DNA of 63,999 bases, filler included, from Asterionella formosa (Eukaryota): the NCBI GenBank assembly GCA_002256025.1. It is 12 parts of 12 records of this genome, joined end to end, with 100 filler letters (N's around TTAATTAATTAA, not from the genome) between each part and the next. Parts side by side here need not be neighbours in the genome. Positions count along the whole stretch, not along the records: positions 21,536 to 26,815 come from NKIB01013137.1; positions 26,916 to 32,190 come from NKIB01013139.1; positions 32,291 to 37,557 come from NKIB01013140.1; 9 more parts are not named here. One strand, written 5' to 3'. The first letter of the stretch is position 1. Every line of letters begins with the position of its first letter. Of the stretch, positions 23,323 to 36,098 are shown piece by piece. Position numbers and translations under genes: made by a program. Below the pieces are notes generated by a model. The model ran no database searches. It saw only the letters and a list, made by a program, of their open reading frames with translations, and was not told the origin of the DNA.

Positions 23323-26300
23323 ATGGGTCGTCGCTCGGCAATTCTCTCTCGTTTCTGTTTCAGATTCTGCTTCTATGTCGCATTTGTTCTTCCATTGGTA
23401 AAGGCTGACTTTGGTGACTACGTCGATCCAACCTTCGACTGCCCTGCACACATTACTTGCCTTCCCGTCTGCGCTGCTTCTGAAGGAGACTGCCCTCTAC
23501 AACTCACTTGCAGCAACGGCAGCACCCTCTGTCCCGATGGATCTTGCGCTGCGACGTGCGATGCATCATTGCCCAATCTCTGCGAGGAGAACTCCTGCGG
23601 AAAGAACATCACGTGTGCTCGCATCGTTCTTTCACAACCAGACTGTACCTTGTTCTTTCGAGAGTGGTACACCAATGCCACCGAAGGCGAGACGTGTGTG
23701 GTGGACGAGGTGGAATTGCTGGATTTCAAAGGGGCTGACTTTGTCATCTTTTATGCCTTCTTTGGTGCGGTCTGCTTTCTGATTGTGGCATACCCCGCCT
23801 TCAATCAGCGATTCTTTCCCATTGGTGACACGGTACCATTGGACGATTTCTCCAAGGAATCGCTATTGTCCGGTCTACCCACGGAACACAAGGGATGGAC
23901 ACAAACGTCAGTTCGAAAGACTCTGCTTGGGTCATTCCTCTTCTTCCTCACATCGCTGACCCTATGGGGCATTCAAGTGCTTCTTTTGATACTCGTCGTG
24001 TTCTACTACAGACAGCAACGCGGTGAGTTCAAGCCTATCACCCTCAACCCTTTTCAAGATGAGATTCAGGTCCTTAAGGCTTTTCAAATTGTGTGGATGG
24101 TGGGTCTGGTCTTTTCATTGTGTCTGCAATGGCCTCCTACCATGGAGTCTCTTTTCTTACGCCGGTGTGTTGGTGCTCAGGCTACTTTTGTTGCAGTCTT
24201 TGCGCCATCGACTGCTCCTGAACTCAAGACAACCACTAGTAACCGGGGTGTGGCCATGGTTAAGGGTTTCATGAACAGTGTCAACAAGTGCTTCACAACT
24301 ATATTCGCCTTCCTCTTTTCGGACGTGATTCGGCCCAAACACATTCGAGGAGGCCTACATTACTGTCCAGTGTTGGTTGACGCTGATGGAACACGATCGT
24401 TTTTCTTTCGATTGAGACGCTATGTTTATAGCGAGGAAACGGGATGTTATGTTCCAGGAATTCTTGAAGTGGGTTCGACATTAAAAGACTTCCAGAACTG
24501 TATTCATGGCTTGACCGAAAGTGAAGCGAATCATCGTCGTTCCAAGATTGGGCACAACTCTATTGATTTGAAGAAACCCAGCTTCTTCGTTGGTATTATT
24601 GAGGAGTTCAGCAAAACGTTTTATATTTATCAAAATTTCATAACATGGGTAGGTATATGAACAACCATTTCTTATTTGAGAATGCATTAGTTGGACGCTA
24701 ATATGTTCTCATGGTCCCTATTCGTTACAGGGATGGTTGAATTACTGGTACTACTATATGGGTATTGTTCAAACCATCGTTCGAGTAACTGGTGGTTTGG
24801 CAGTAGCCTATATTAAGTATGTTAATGACTGCAACCTGTATAGGCTTAGTCTTTCCTTTGGCGAGGTGAAAGTGCTTCGTGACGGAGCATTTGTCACCCT
24901 TCCTCAAAAAGCCATCGTGCCGGGAGATGTCATTGTGGTGTCTCCAGGAATTGCTTGCTGTGACATGATACTCATTTCATCAGATAATGTTATCGTGGAA
25001 GAGAGTGCATTGACTGGGGAGGCAAATCCTGTCGCCAAGGCACAAATCGACGTCACGGAAGGAACAGGGAAGCGTTACGATCCAAAGGCTCATAAGAAAT
25101 ACACCATTTTCGCAGGAACCAATATTCTCGAATCAAATCCATATGACCAAGACCTGGCAGTCGTTACTCACACGGGTACTTTTACAGCCAAGGGTGAACT
25201 TCTACGTGACATTTTATTCTATGAGCGCCATCGATTCAAATTTGACGTTGAAGTGGAGTTGGTGGTGGCCATTCTCCTGTTGTATGCAGTTTTTGCATTC
25301 TCTATTACCATTCACATTTTGGGCGAGTCGGAGTGGGTCTATGGATGGTTCTATGCCCTGTATGTCCTCGCAGCCGCACTTCCTCCTTTGCTACCAACCG
25401 TTTTTGTGGTGTCTGTTGGAATATCCTCCCAACGACTCATTACAAAGGATATTGCAGTTGCTGACTCTGGAGGTATTCTTGTTGCTGGGAAGGTCCGCAT
25501 AGCTTTCTTTGACAAGACGGGGACATTGACCAGACAAGGGTTGGAATTTAGTAGTATGCAAGGCGCGGAAGGAGGAAAGTGGATCGATTCATCAGAAGAG
25601 TCTGTTCCTCCAAAATTGAGATTGGGCATGACGGTTTGTCATACTTTGACCAAGTCACGAGATGGTTCGCTCTTAGGAAATTCGGTGGATTGCATCATGT
25701 TCCAAGCAACTGATGCCACATTCGAACAGGTGGAAGGAAAGCCGATGAAAGTCACGGACTCTGGTGGTCAGCAGATCACTGTCATCAAACGCTTTGAATT
25801 TGATTATCATCGTATGACTCAAAGCGTCCTAGTCAAGACACAGGAAAACAAATTGCTTGTGCTGGTTAAGGGAAGCATCGACAGTGTGTCCAAGTTATGT
25901 TCGTCCGATAGTCTTCCAGTCGATTGTTCGAGCCTTGCTGCCAAAGCTGCTCGGGATGGTATTTATCAAATATCGATTGCCATTCGCAGCTGCGGAGAGG
26001 CCACTCCAGAGTTGGAAGATAAATTCGCAACTATGGACCGCGAAGACTTTGAGAAAGAGTTGTCTTTTATTGGGTTCGTCAACTTTAAGAACACACTGAA
26101 GGAAGACTCGGCAGAAGTCCTCAAGGTGTTGGAGGAAGGAGATGTGCGTTGCTACATGGTGACTGGGGATAGTGTACTCACCGGCATTTGCATCGCTAAA
26201 GAATGCGGCATTATCCATCAAGACGGCGCCGTCATTCTTGGTAATTCCATTGACGACCAGGGAAACATAATGTGGGTAGATTGGACAAATGACGAAGTTG

Positions 26301-26815
26301 TGAAGCTTCCACCTTTGAATATGCTGAATCAAAGGAATGGGTGCCTTGCCATGAAGGGTTCTGTGTGGGCCGCCCTCCCTGAAGATATGAAGAAGACACT
26401 GGCCCCGTTCATTCGTGTATATGGTCGATGCACGCCACACGACAAGGTTTCTGTAGTTGCCACGTTTGTGGATATGGGGTTTGTGACTCTTATGTGCGGT
26501 GATGGAGGTAACGATTGTGGTGCTCTCAAGACAGCTCATGTGGGAATCGCGTTGAGTGATGCTGAGGCAAGTGTTGTCGCCCCCTTTACTTCATTGAATA
26601 AATCCATCAGTTCTGTGGTTGAGGTCTTGAAAGAAGGACGATGCGCCTTGGCCTCGTCATTTGCTGCTTACAAGTAAGTTCAGTGGGCTGACTTTTTTGC
26701 TGTTGCTTACCCACACCTGTCTCTCAAATATTTTTGCGCTTCTAAGGTATATGGTGATGTACGGGCAAGTGGAGGTAATCAACCAAGTCGCCAATGCTTG
26801 GTTTAACATAACATT
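23323..26815 (+). CDS. P5-type (P5B/ATP13A-like) ATPase, 3'-truncated by the contig end; introns 24649-24730 and 26674-26746
   Basis: Motifs DKTGTLT, ESALTGE, LPPLLP (P5-type PPxLP), VTGD, MCGDGGNDCGALK and EGRCAL. Splice sites keep the frame. N-terminal signal peptide plus Cys-rich domain. Confidence 0.92.
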
Positions 26816-27449
26816 NNNNNNNNNNNNNNNNNNNNNNNNNNNNNNNNNNNNNNNNNNNNTTAATTAATTAANNNNNNNNNNNNNNNNNNNNNNNNNNNNN
26901 NNNNNNNNNNNNNNNTGTACATGAGATCAATGCTGTCATTTTGAACGTCGATATTCTCAGAACAAACATATATTGATCAAAGGAGACGTCAGGATGTGTA
27001 AATTTGCTGTGCTTGTGGACTGATCATCAGTGCTGTGGCAACAAAAATTCCAAACCATCTTTCTCCACCAAATTAAGGCCGATTTCTATCCAGCATAGCA
27101 TTCGATGTACAAAAGATCAATGCCATCAAGTCAAAAGTCGATATACTCATAATGAACATATTTTGATCAGAGGAGGCATCAGGATGTGTAGCTAGATGGC
27201 GATTGTGGCACTTCTCATTTTTGATTTACTACCAGAGGATGTGGTAGTATGCCGTGATGATAGTTAGTACATCAGCAGGGACACACCAAAACTCAAAGCT
27301 ATTATTTTCATACCAAATTGCATCCATCTACTAAACTGCTCAGAGTTTCATTGGTCCAATCAGACATCAGCAAATATTATTTGAGCGCATTGACTGGTGG
27401 TGTACAGAAAAAGCGCGAAATATTGCGAAAAATACAGGTTAGCTATGGA

Positions 27450-28570
27450 GTGGTTGAATTCAATGAAGTTAATAGTCCTCATCTCCTTGGCCCTTGCCTT
27501 TGTGACCAATTTGTTATTGCTACAGTTATCAATATAGATGTAATCTAGCCGATCGGAAAAGGAGAATGTCATTGCGGCACATCTCAATTTTGACTCACTA
27601 CGACGCCATGCATTGAATGCTAAAATATGCAACAGCTGTTTCTAAACAATTTTACGAATTCAATCGTTGAAAGCTGCTCCTCCTCTGATTCTTTTTCTAT
27701 CATGTACTTGTTAGAGTTATCACTGTAGAATATTTGTAGCCGCTCCGAAAAGGACACGGCCATTGCGGCACATCTCAATTTCGACTCACTAAGGAAACAT
27801 GCATTGAATCTTGAAAATATGCAACAGCTGTTTCTTAACGAATTTACGAATTCAATTGTTGTCAGCTACTCATCCTTTGCTTCTTTTTCTATGTTGTACT
27901 TGTTAGAGTTATCGCTTCAGACTGTTGCTATCTGGTCCAAACCGGAGAAGGACATTATGGCACATCTCAATTTCGACTCACTACGGCGACATGCATTGAA
28001 TGCTAAAATATGCAACAGCTGTTTCTAAACAATTTTACGAATTCAATTGTTGTCAGCTGCTCATCCGTTGCTTCTTTTTCTATTTTGAGCTTGCTAGAGT
28101 TATCGCTGTAGACTATTTGTAGCCGCTCCGAAAAGGAGACGGCCATTGCGGCACATCTCAATTTCGACTCACTATGGCAACATGCATTGAATCTTGAAAA
28201 TATGCAACAGCTGTTTCTTAACGAATTTACGAATTCAATTGTTGTCAGCTACTCATCCTTTCCTTCTTTTTCTATGTTGTACTTGTTAGAGTTATCGCTG
28301 TAGACTATTTGTAGCTGCTCCGAAACGGAGATGGCCATTGCGGCACATCTCAATTTTGACTCACTACAGCGACATGCATTGAATGTTAAAATATGCAACA
28401 GGTGTTTCTTAAAAATTTTACGAATTCAATCGATGACAGCTGATAATCCTTTGCTTCTTTTTCTATATTGTACTTGCTAGAGTTATCGCTGTAGACTATT
28501 TGTAGCTGCTCCGAAACGGAGAAGGCCATTGTGGCAAATCTCAATTTCGATTCACTACGGAGACATGCAA
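27450..28570. repeat. Tandem array of 191/192-bp units (about 5.5-6 copies)
   Basis: The anchor (C/T)GGCA(C/A)ATCTCAATTT starts at 27575, 27766, 27958, 28149, 28341 and 28532. Confidence 0.92.
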
Positions 28571-28739
28571 TGCTAAACGATGCTCAACGAGGACCAACGG
28601 TGCTTTATTTCTAATCTGGCAGGCTATTGTAATCTCTACAATCAACAATGACTAAACAATGTGTCTACAACATCAACTACTACTACTACTACGTGTGCTG
28701 AATTCTACTGTGTGAATCTTCTTCTTGCATGTGTTATTA

Positions 28740-29078
28740 TTTGCCAGTTGAGATCAAAGAAATATGTCGGAGCAGAAAGAAAAATAAGTGAATCGGAATT
28801 GGCGACTCTTTAGTTCATTATATGGTGAAAGCAGCATAATATTGTAGCGGAGCAGCATAATTTCGCTTTTATAATGTCGTGATGGCTAGTTGGTCAACAT
28901 ATATCGTCACGAACACACAAAATTATTGGTGTGATCACATAATTATTCGATAAGTGAAATAAATTTTTGTTTAACCCGAATAAATTAGGGAAAAAGTAAC
29001 ATAATATTTTTTTAAGTAGCATAAATACGTCACTTTAGACATAAATTCGAAAAAGTGCCATAAACGGCGTCTTAGATG
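28740..29078 (-). mobile_element. Terminal segment of the CATCTAAG family abutting the Copia RT
   Basis: GGCGTCTTAGATG ends at 29078 and its reverse complement matches 21309 onward. The left boundary is approximate. Confidence 0.5.
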
Positions 29079-29080
29079 TG

Positions 29081-32000
29081 AAAAAGAGTAATCAAGTGTT
29101 ATAGCCGATTAATCATGCTTGTTTCCATGCATGACATTGACTTCACTAATTTCGTCGGAGGCATGTTTCTTTTTGATCAATTCCAAAAATTGATCATTCA
29201 CTTTGCTAACCAAGTGACTAGATGTTAAATCATCAACATGCCAAGTAACTGTGTGCTGTTTTCTATTTAACAGTGCGATTTGCATTGCATGGATCATAAG
29301 GATTGACCTTGAATCTAATTGACTCAATATCCTTCCGAAATTTCTTGTCATGACTGCAACATACCATATAGTTAGTGCCTTGGTGTTTATCCTAACATAT
29401 AGGACCTTGCTGTTTCCTTCATGAAGTACATATTTTTCATAAGTCTCGGGGCTGAGTTCTATCATCATATTGACAAGAAAAACCTCAAATATTCATGATG
29501 ATTCTTTACCCTTTCTTGCCGATATCCACTTGTAAAAATGCATTGGGTATATCTGCCATCATGACATGGCGTCTTTGTTTTGCGTCAATTGTTGCTTTTA
29601 TCATAAAAGATTCATTCATGATGGCGGTTAGACTAGCTGCCTTGCCACTTTTCATATATTCTCGTTGAGAACATCCATTGGCACAAGCTCTGCTTTTAAT
29701 ACTCTTTTCAACCAAGAGAATTTAGCTTCCCATTGTGCGTCGTTTTCAAGATTGGTTAGTTCTTCAACCCTAATTGGTTCAAATACAACTCTTTTGTGTA
29801 GTTGTTTCATTTCCTTATCTGCAGCATCCCTTCCATGCAGACCAATTTTTTTGAGACCTTTTGTTAAGCTGTATGATTGAACAAAGTGAAATTTTTGTTT
29901 GTGGCAAGACATCGTATTAATATAGCACATTGTCATTGCAATCACTTTTGCAGTTTCATTTGCATATTCTTATTTAATGTGTGCTTGAGTATGCAAATGA
30001 TGTTGGGCCATAGTCAGTTTTGTTGGCGGCCTTGAGACCCTTTCAGACCTTTTAATTCTTTCGTTTGTATCTCTGTCAACCTCAGTGCTTGGATTGACTT
30101 ATTCTTCTATCATTGCTAATATTTCTTCAGTTTCATTATAGATTGATCGTCATCATCTTGTATTTCATCAGCATTCATTTCCACATTATCATTGTTGTCA
30201 CCCTCAGGTTTGGGGTCATCCTTTTGGATTTTAACTTGTTTGGAATCTTCTGCTTCGCATATTTCATCCGGAGCCATCTCATCATATTCTCCTTCGAGCA
30301 GTTTGTCATTACTATTGTCGTCACTAACTTGGTGTTGTTGATCGTTGTAATCTTTTTTTGTTCATCTTCAAATACTTTATTGTCATAATCTACTCCTGTA
30401 ATCCAAGCACTATCATAATATCGTTGTCCCATTCGATTAAATAGTATCTTGAGACCATCTGGCATTTTTTCCTGCTCAGCAAATGTGTGCACTTGATTAA
30501 TAATTGCCAGAGTAAGTGGTAGGGGAGTAAATATATGTCTAGTGATAAGCAAATTGGTTGGGAGGTGTAGTAACTTATGACATCCTTGCACATTGTTATT
30601 GTAGCATAGATAAATGCAATCTAGGCTGATTGGTGCATTGGTTTTTGAAAACACAGGTTCTTCATGTGCTTAGTCATATGAGCCAAATGAATATTGGCAA
30701 TGCCAAGCATAGTCCAGGTTTTGTTGTCTGTAATGAGGAGAAATCCCATTTTTCGCTGGAAAGAAATTCAGTTTCTTTGCAGATTCAGTGACTAAAATCT
30801 TAATCATTAGCCGTAGCTGCAGCAAATGCTTTTTACTAGGTAATCGGTCATAGCTTGCGTGTGCGCGTTCTTTGATAAAATGATTGTATCATTCTGCTTC
30901 AGGAACATTTTCTTGTGTGTTTCCATAATTTGTATTGAATTGAAATTCATTGGCAAGTGATTCCCCCATCAAAGGAAGAAACTCGCTTTCCAAGTGGATC
31001 CTTTTTTAATTTTAATCCTCCAGTGTTGTAAACACAGAATACCTGAGTCAAAGCATTTCAATAGGCACCTGCTGTCTGACTCTTGACCCATTGCACTATG
31101 TTGATTGCCCATTCCTCTTTTGTGTTTATTTTTCTAGCAACATGACGGTTATTTGTGTCCTGCTCCTCCACATCAGTAACATTTTCCTTCTAGTTGTGCA
31201 AACGACAAGTTCACATCTTCTTCTTTTTTTCCTGCATCCTTTATTTCCCTCCCATTATTATGATCTCCTGGATTATGATGACAGCTGGTTTTAGTTGTTA
31301 CATAGAACCTATGGTTTCTAAGAACATTGCTTGACTCAGTGATACTCTTTGTGTAGTGAACATTGCCGAGCAAATGTTGAGTAGCTATTGAGCCCGGTGA
31401 GAATTGATCCATATTTGGCCTTATCCGCATTGTCGATGTATAAGTAGACCTGGAATTTTCTGAAAGCCTGTTCACGAAATTTATCTCATAGCTTGATATC
31501 CGTCTCATCATAGCCATCCTTGGCTTTGACAAACTTGGTTAGGATTATGGGTCCTCCAATATGTGACTTGAGCACATCTTGTGCCACATGAAATCTCTTG
31601 GAATAATCTTTAGATTTTCTCCTTCCTTTTGCTTAATAGTTAAAAGCGTTCTCATTGCAACTAAAATGATCAATATTGAATATTTATTCTCCTGATGAAT
31701 TATTGTGTTATTATTCAATTGTAATAAGAAATGTTAGCTATTCAGTTTTTCTCAATATTAGTGTAATCCAATCTCGCTTCAATTTTTTCTTCATGGCTTT
31801 GTTGCATCTTTCCCAGAACAATGGAAATGCCTTGGTATTATTGTTTTCATAGGTCAGTACCCTTTTTCTATATGCATTGTTATTGGCCTTAAGCTTGATT
31901 TAAAATTGGCGATTCTCTACAGTGCATTCTTTGTCTGTTGGTGCAGAGCTCAGCCTCATTCTTGGCTTGCTTCCATGCCGCTGTGTTCATTGGTTCAAAC

Positions 32001-32190
32001 AACTTGAGCATGATTCCTATGTCATTGACATAATTGAATACTTTCTTGATGTAGTTGATCAGTTACTCTGTGGTAGTTTCATAAACAGATGCCTGCTTTG
32101 CTGATCTGAGGTAATAGTTGTAGTCATTGATAGACCTCATGTTGGTATGGGATGCATTATTGCTCCCTCCCGTGGCTTGTAACTTGCCCT
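29081..32190 (-). mobile_element. Ty1/Copia (CoDi-like) relic: gag, Zn knuckle, integrase, RT
   Basis: RT motifs ADIPNAFLQ and TVTWHVDDL, QSYSLTKGLKK, and gag/knuckle segments homologous to 20300-21300. Heavily decayed. Confidence 0.88.
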
Positions 32191-32290
32191 NNNNNNNNNN
32201 NNNNNNNNNNNNNNNNNNNNNNNNNNNNNNNNNNTTAATTAATTAANNNNNNNNNNNNNNNNNNNNNNNNNNNNNNNNNNNNNNNNNNNN

Positions 32291-32581
32291 ACGTGAACAA
32301 AAATTTAAGGCAATGTGAACTGAATTACAGAATTAATTGAAGTATTTCAAATAATTATGTGAAGTATTTCAAATAATTATGTGAAGGTGATCACGTAATA
32401 TAGTGATGATCAGGAATGCATGCATGATACTCTGATCAAATAATGAACGTGATGTATTCAGATAATATATAGATATATTCAAGTAAGCATTTTGATGTAT
32501 TCAACTAATTCATGTGATCCATTCAAAATCAACTAGGCTTATTTACGTGATGGTCACTTCACGTAATACGCGGCTTAGATG
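32291..32581 (-). mobile_element. Terminal segment of the CATCTAAG family with short subterminal repeats
   Basis: Ends GCGGCTTAGATG|TA. Contains a duplicated TGAAGTATTTCAAATAATTATG and repeated ACGTGA/TCACGT motifs. Confidence 0.55.
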
Positions 32582-33573
32582 TACTACTCACCTTGTCTAG
32601 TACTTAAGACAATGAGATGACTATGGCATCTTAGAAGATTTTGTGTATGTAATACCCTCCTGCCTCTTGGCTTGCCGTTCTTCATCCATCACAACCGCTT
32701 TGCTCCTTGCAGGATTGAGATGTTGCGCACGACTTATTGTCAGCTTGTAGTACATACAGATTGTGCTTCTCGTCACTCAGGCCTTGTGGTCTGCCCCACA
32801 GAGCCTACATACCGGTAGTACAACTCTCAGTCCCATGAAGGTCCGCTTGTCGAGATATTTAGCTTAATAACCGTGTTTTACCGGACCTTCCAGCTGCTCC
32901 TGGTACCTGGTACACATAGCGCCAAGCAGCAGTTCAACTGTCTTCGTACTAATGACAGAGCAGTGCAGCTGTAAGCCAGTAGATATGAATCGGCCATTTT
33001 ACCTAGAGCAGCGATTATTGCTACGCACCTGGTAGTACCAGCTACCACCAGGCACCAACCATTTGGCAGGATGCATCCTACATGCCGGTAAATAAAGTTG
33101 GAATACTACCAGGAAACAGGGTACCGGTACCTGTAGCAAGTATGAAATATGATCATTTATAAGAATATCCATCCCTCTTCATCATCAATGGTACCGGTAC
33201 CAGGTACCAGGTACCTGGTACTCCACCAGGGTACCAGTGCTGGTATCTTCCAGGTAACTGTGCATAGTTTAGGTACTTGGTACTTGGTTACTACGTAGGA
33301 AGACTGGTCCCTTCTGGTACCTGGTACCCTATTGCCTGGTAACCAGTGAGTGGTCCTGGTACCTGGTACCTGATGTGCTCAGATTCAACTTACCGGTACC
33401 TGGTACCAGGTATGATGCTCAAGGATGATTCGATTTCTTTTGTAGCTAGCTACAACAGACCTTTTTGTCATTGAGACATCACACCAGGAAATCAAAAGGG
33501 CCACAACCGTCATGAGCGAGGTGCGTGACGGCGACAGCTTTCGCGGCATCCAAAGCCTCCTTGTAGCAGTGCA

Positions 33574-35877
33574 ATGAGAACACAAAGCCACACAATGCAC
33601 TCCAAGTTACTATCTCCTTTTCATGGAAAACCGCCAGATAAAATTACGAGGCGAGAACGAAAGTCCTCCTGGGGTTCCTCGAACAGCATTCGATCGCGCT
33701 CTCTGTCGCCTCATCGCAATCGTGCATCGTCGTCGTCTCCATTAAACTCCCCATCTCCCACATTGCACAGATTTTCATGGGCTCTCTTGACTCCGACCTT
33801 TGGTAATCACTCCACAGTGAAGCACTCCACTGCGAAGCCACTGCCGGTACTGACCACCATCATGAATAGACTGGAAGGAAATTTGACTTCCTATTGCGAC
33901 CTTCTTGCTAAACATAAGCTTGAGGAGGCAGCCGCGCTCCTTGATTCTTCCGTGTCTGTCAGTGCTTCGGCTCCTCAGATATACTCATCGACCAAGGCAT
34001 TAGAATCAGAGTGGGATACGTATGTATCTCCTTTTTTGTTACTCGCAGGAGCAGAATCCCTCTATCACTCACTGGCTCCAAATCTACTCAAACTTTACAA
34101 TCGGATTACCGACGATCTTGTAATTGTCAAGGAACGTCTCTGCGATGCTTTTTTGGAACCTGAAAGTCCCCTTTTTTTAACTGCAAACTCGTTGGCGACA
34201 TCGTTACAACTCTTGGTTTTATTTTGTAAAGCGCGAATCCAGCTAATTCGTATGATGGAGGACCTTTTTCAGATCAACGACATTGCCATGGCACACGATA
34301 CTTGCGCCTCTCTTTTTGTGGAAGACACACAAGATAGTGCTGTCTATCCGCTGATTGCATCTCTTAACGTTGAACTCAAGAATTGGATCCGTTGTACTCA
34401 AGTATGTCATGCGCTAGAAGCGTGTCGGTAAGTAACGGTGCCTTTCAATGCACACAATGTCTCGCATTGGAATACTGTGAGATGCTCCTTTTACCTTCGT
34501 GGAGTATTCTCTAATCAACCATGCGAAGAATAGACTATTTGGGGGACCAAAAAGCACTCGTTGTGGCCGAGGCATAGAGAAGAGATTAAAATGGTTTCTC
34601 CTCCAAGCCAAAGTCACACGGTCCGACGAGCCGTCGTACCTACCAACATTTGCAATACATATATATTTAACTCACCCCTATTCTTTGAATACTTTAGATT
34701 TACAGAAACGATTCTTACATTGCGTCAAATAAACATAAAATTTCCAGACGAGAGCCCCATGCAACAATGGTGGAAACAGTTTCGAGAAGGTGCTTTGTCA
34801 ATTATGCCCATTTACTTTGATCGCATACGATCGTCCGCACAGTCGTTGTACGGGTTTGATCCATTCAAGTTGGAAAGGACTCCCAAACACGATGCAATTG
34901 ATGTAACGATTCAAGAATTTTTGAAACGTCAAGAAGGGCACATTACTGCTGTTTTTATCGTGATGAACAATACGGACTTGTCTTGTCCCAACTTTGAGTA
35001 TGGCTATGTTCAGCGCAAATCGGTTCAAGAGTCAAACAAGGCTCTTCAGGAATGGCCAGTATGCTACTATCGAAGATCTATGGAACGGGCATCGGCAATA
35101 GCTTCCCTTGTCAATCTGGGTTCCAGCGGCAAGCGAACCCCAGACAACTCTCCAAATAGTCGAGGGCCTCTCTCGAGTTGCAAGGAAGACGGAAAACGTC
35201 TGCCAACTATGACTGAGCTTGCTCGTGTGGATCCTTATTTGTGGCCATTTACTGAATGGAAGGATCTGGCATCAGTTCTACAAGATGGAGGCTCGCGGGA
35301 GACCGCTGTGACGTACAAGTCTTCCAATGACTCAGACGACCCAGACAAAAGTCCACCTCCTACAACTTGGTCAGATACCAGCAACGGAGAATTGCCTGTC
35401 ATATCAACATCCCCAACCAACACCACGTTTCATATCATAAGTCTGAGCCCTCTCCTCTCGTTCGTCGTAGCCGTGCATGGCCCGCACGGGAAGTGGAATT
35501 TAAGGCGAAGTCGAGGATCATCTGATGCTGAGATACGAAACTTTTTGGATGGAACTGTCAATAAGTTGAGAATTCGATCGTTTTTAGATAATCGGCATGT
35601 GATGACAGCCAGGCAAGAGGCCAAGCAAAAGTCAAAGTTGCCTTTTGATGAGTTGAACGGGGACATGCAAGGATTTCTGAAATCTTTAAAGGACTCCTAT
35701 GGCCTTCGTACGCAAACACCCAGAGTGGAGCGTTTGACCAGTCCTTATCGCAAGTCAGATTCAAGAAACCCCGCACCAGTGGCCAAGCGAAAAACAAAAC
35801 GAGCTGCAGCCGATAATCTTGAGAGTAGTGCAATGGCTTTCTTTTTAGGAAGCGAGCTACACCATCGATTGCCCTGA
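33574..35877 (+). CDS. KICSTOR subunit 2 (C12orf66/DUF2003)-like protein; intron 34428-34697
   Basis: Colinear motifs recalled from KICS2: LAGAESLYHSL (cf. LAAAEKVYHSL), FCKARIQL (cf. FVQARMEI), PLIASLNVEL, IYFDR, IQEFLKR, LQEWP, TTFHIISLSP and IRNFL...KLR. The GT-AG intron joins CR|FTE in frame. Start at 33574 or 33595. Confidence 0.65.
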
Positions 35878-36098
35878 ATGTTCCCTTGGTTGCTGAGCAT
35901 AGGAATAGCAATGGATGCTCTCAAAGACTCCAAACTGGTACTAGGTCAATACACATGAATATTTTACATTTCCTATCAAGTACATAGATAACTCCTCATG
36001 AGCCTAGAATTCATTTACTTCTTCAATTCATTTGCCTGGTTTCTGTGATGCAATAAGCTCCCCTTTCTGCTATTTTTCTGCCATGGGACATATCTCCC

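Noticed and set aside
27450..28570. Possible CRISPR-like array
   Set aside because: Units are homologous along their whole length with no unique spacers, no cas genes are present, and the context is eukaryotic.
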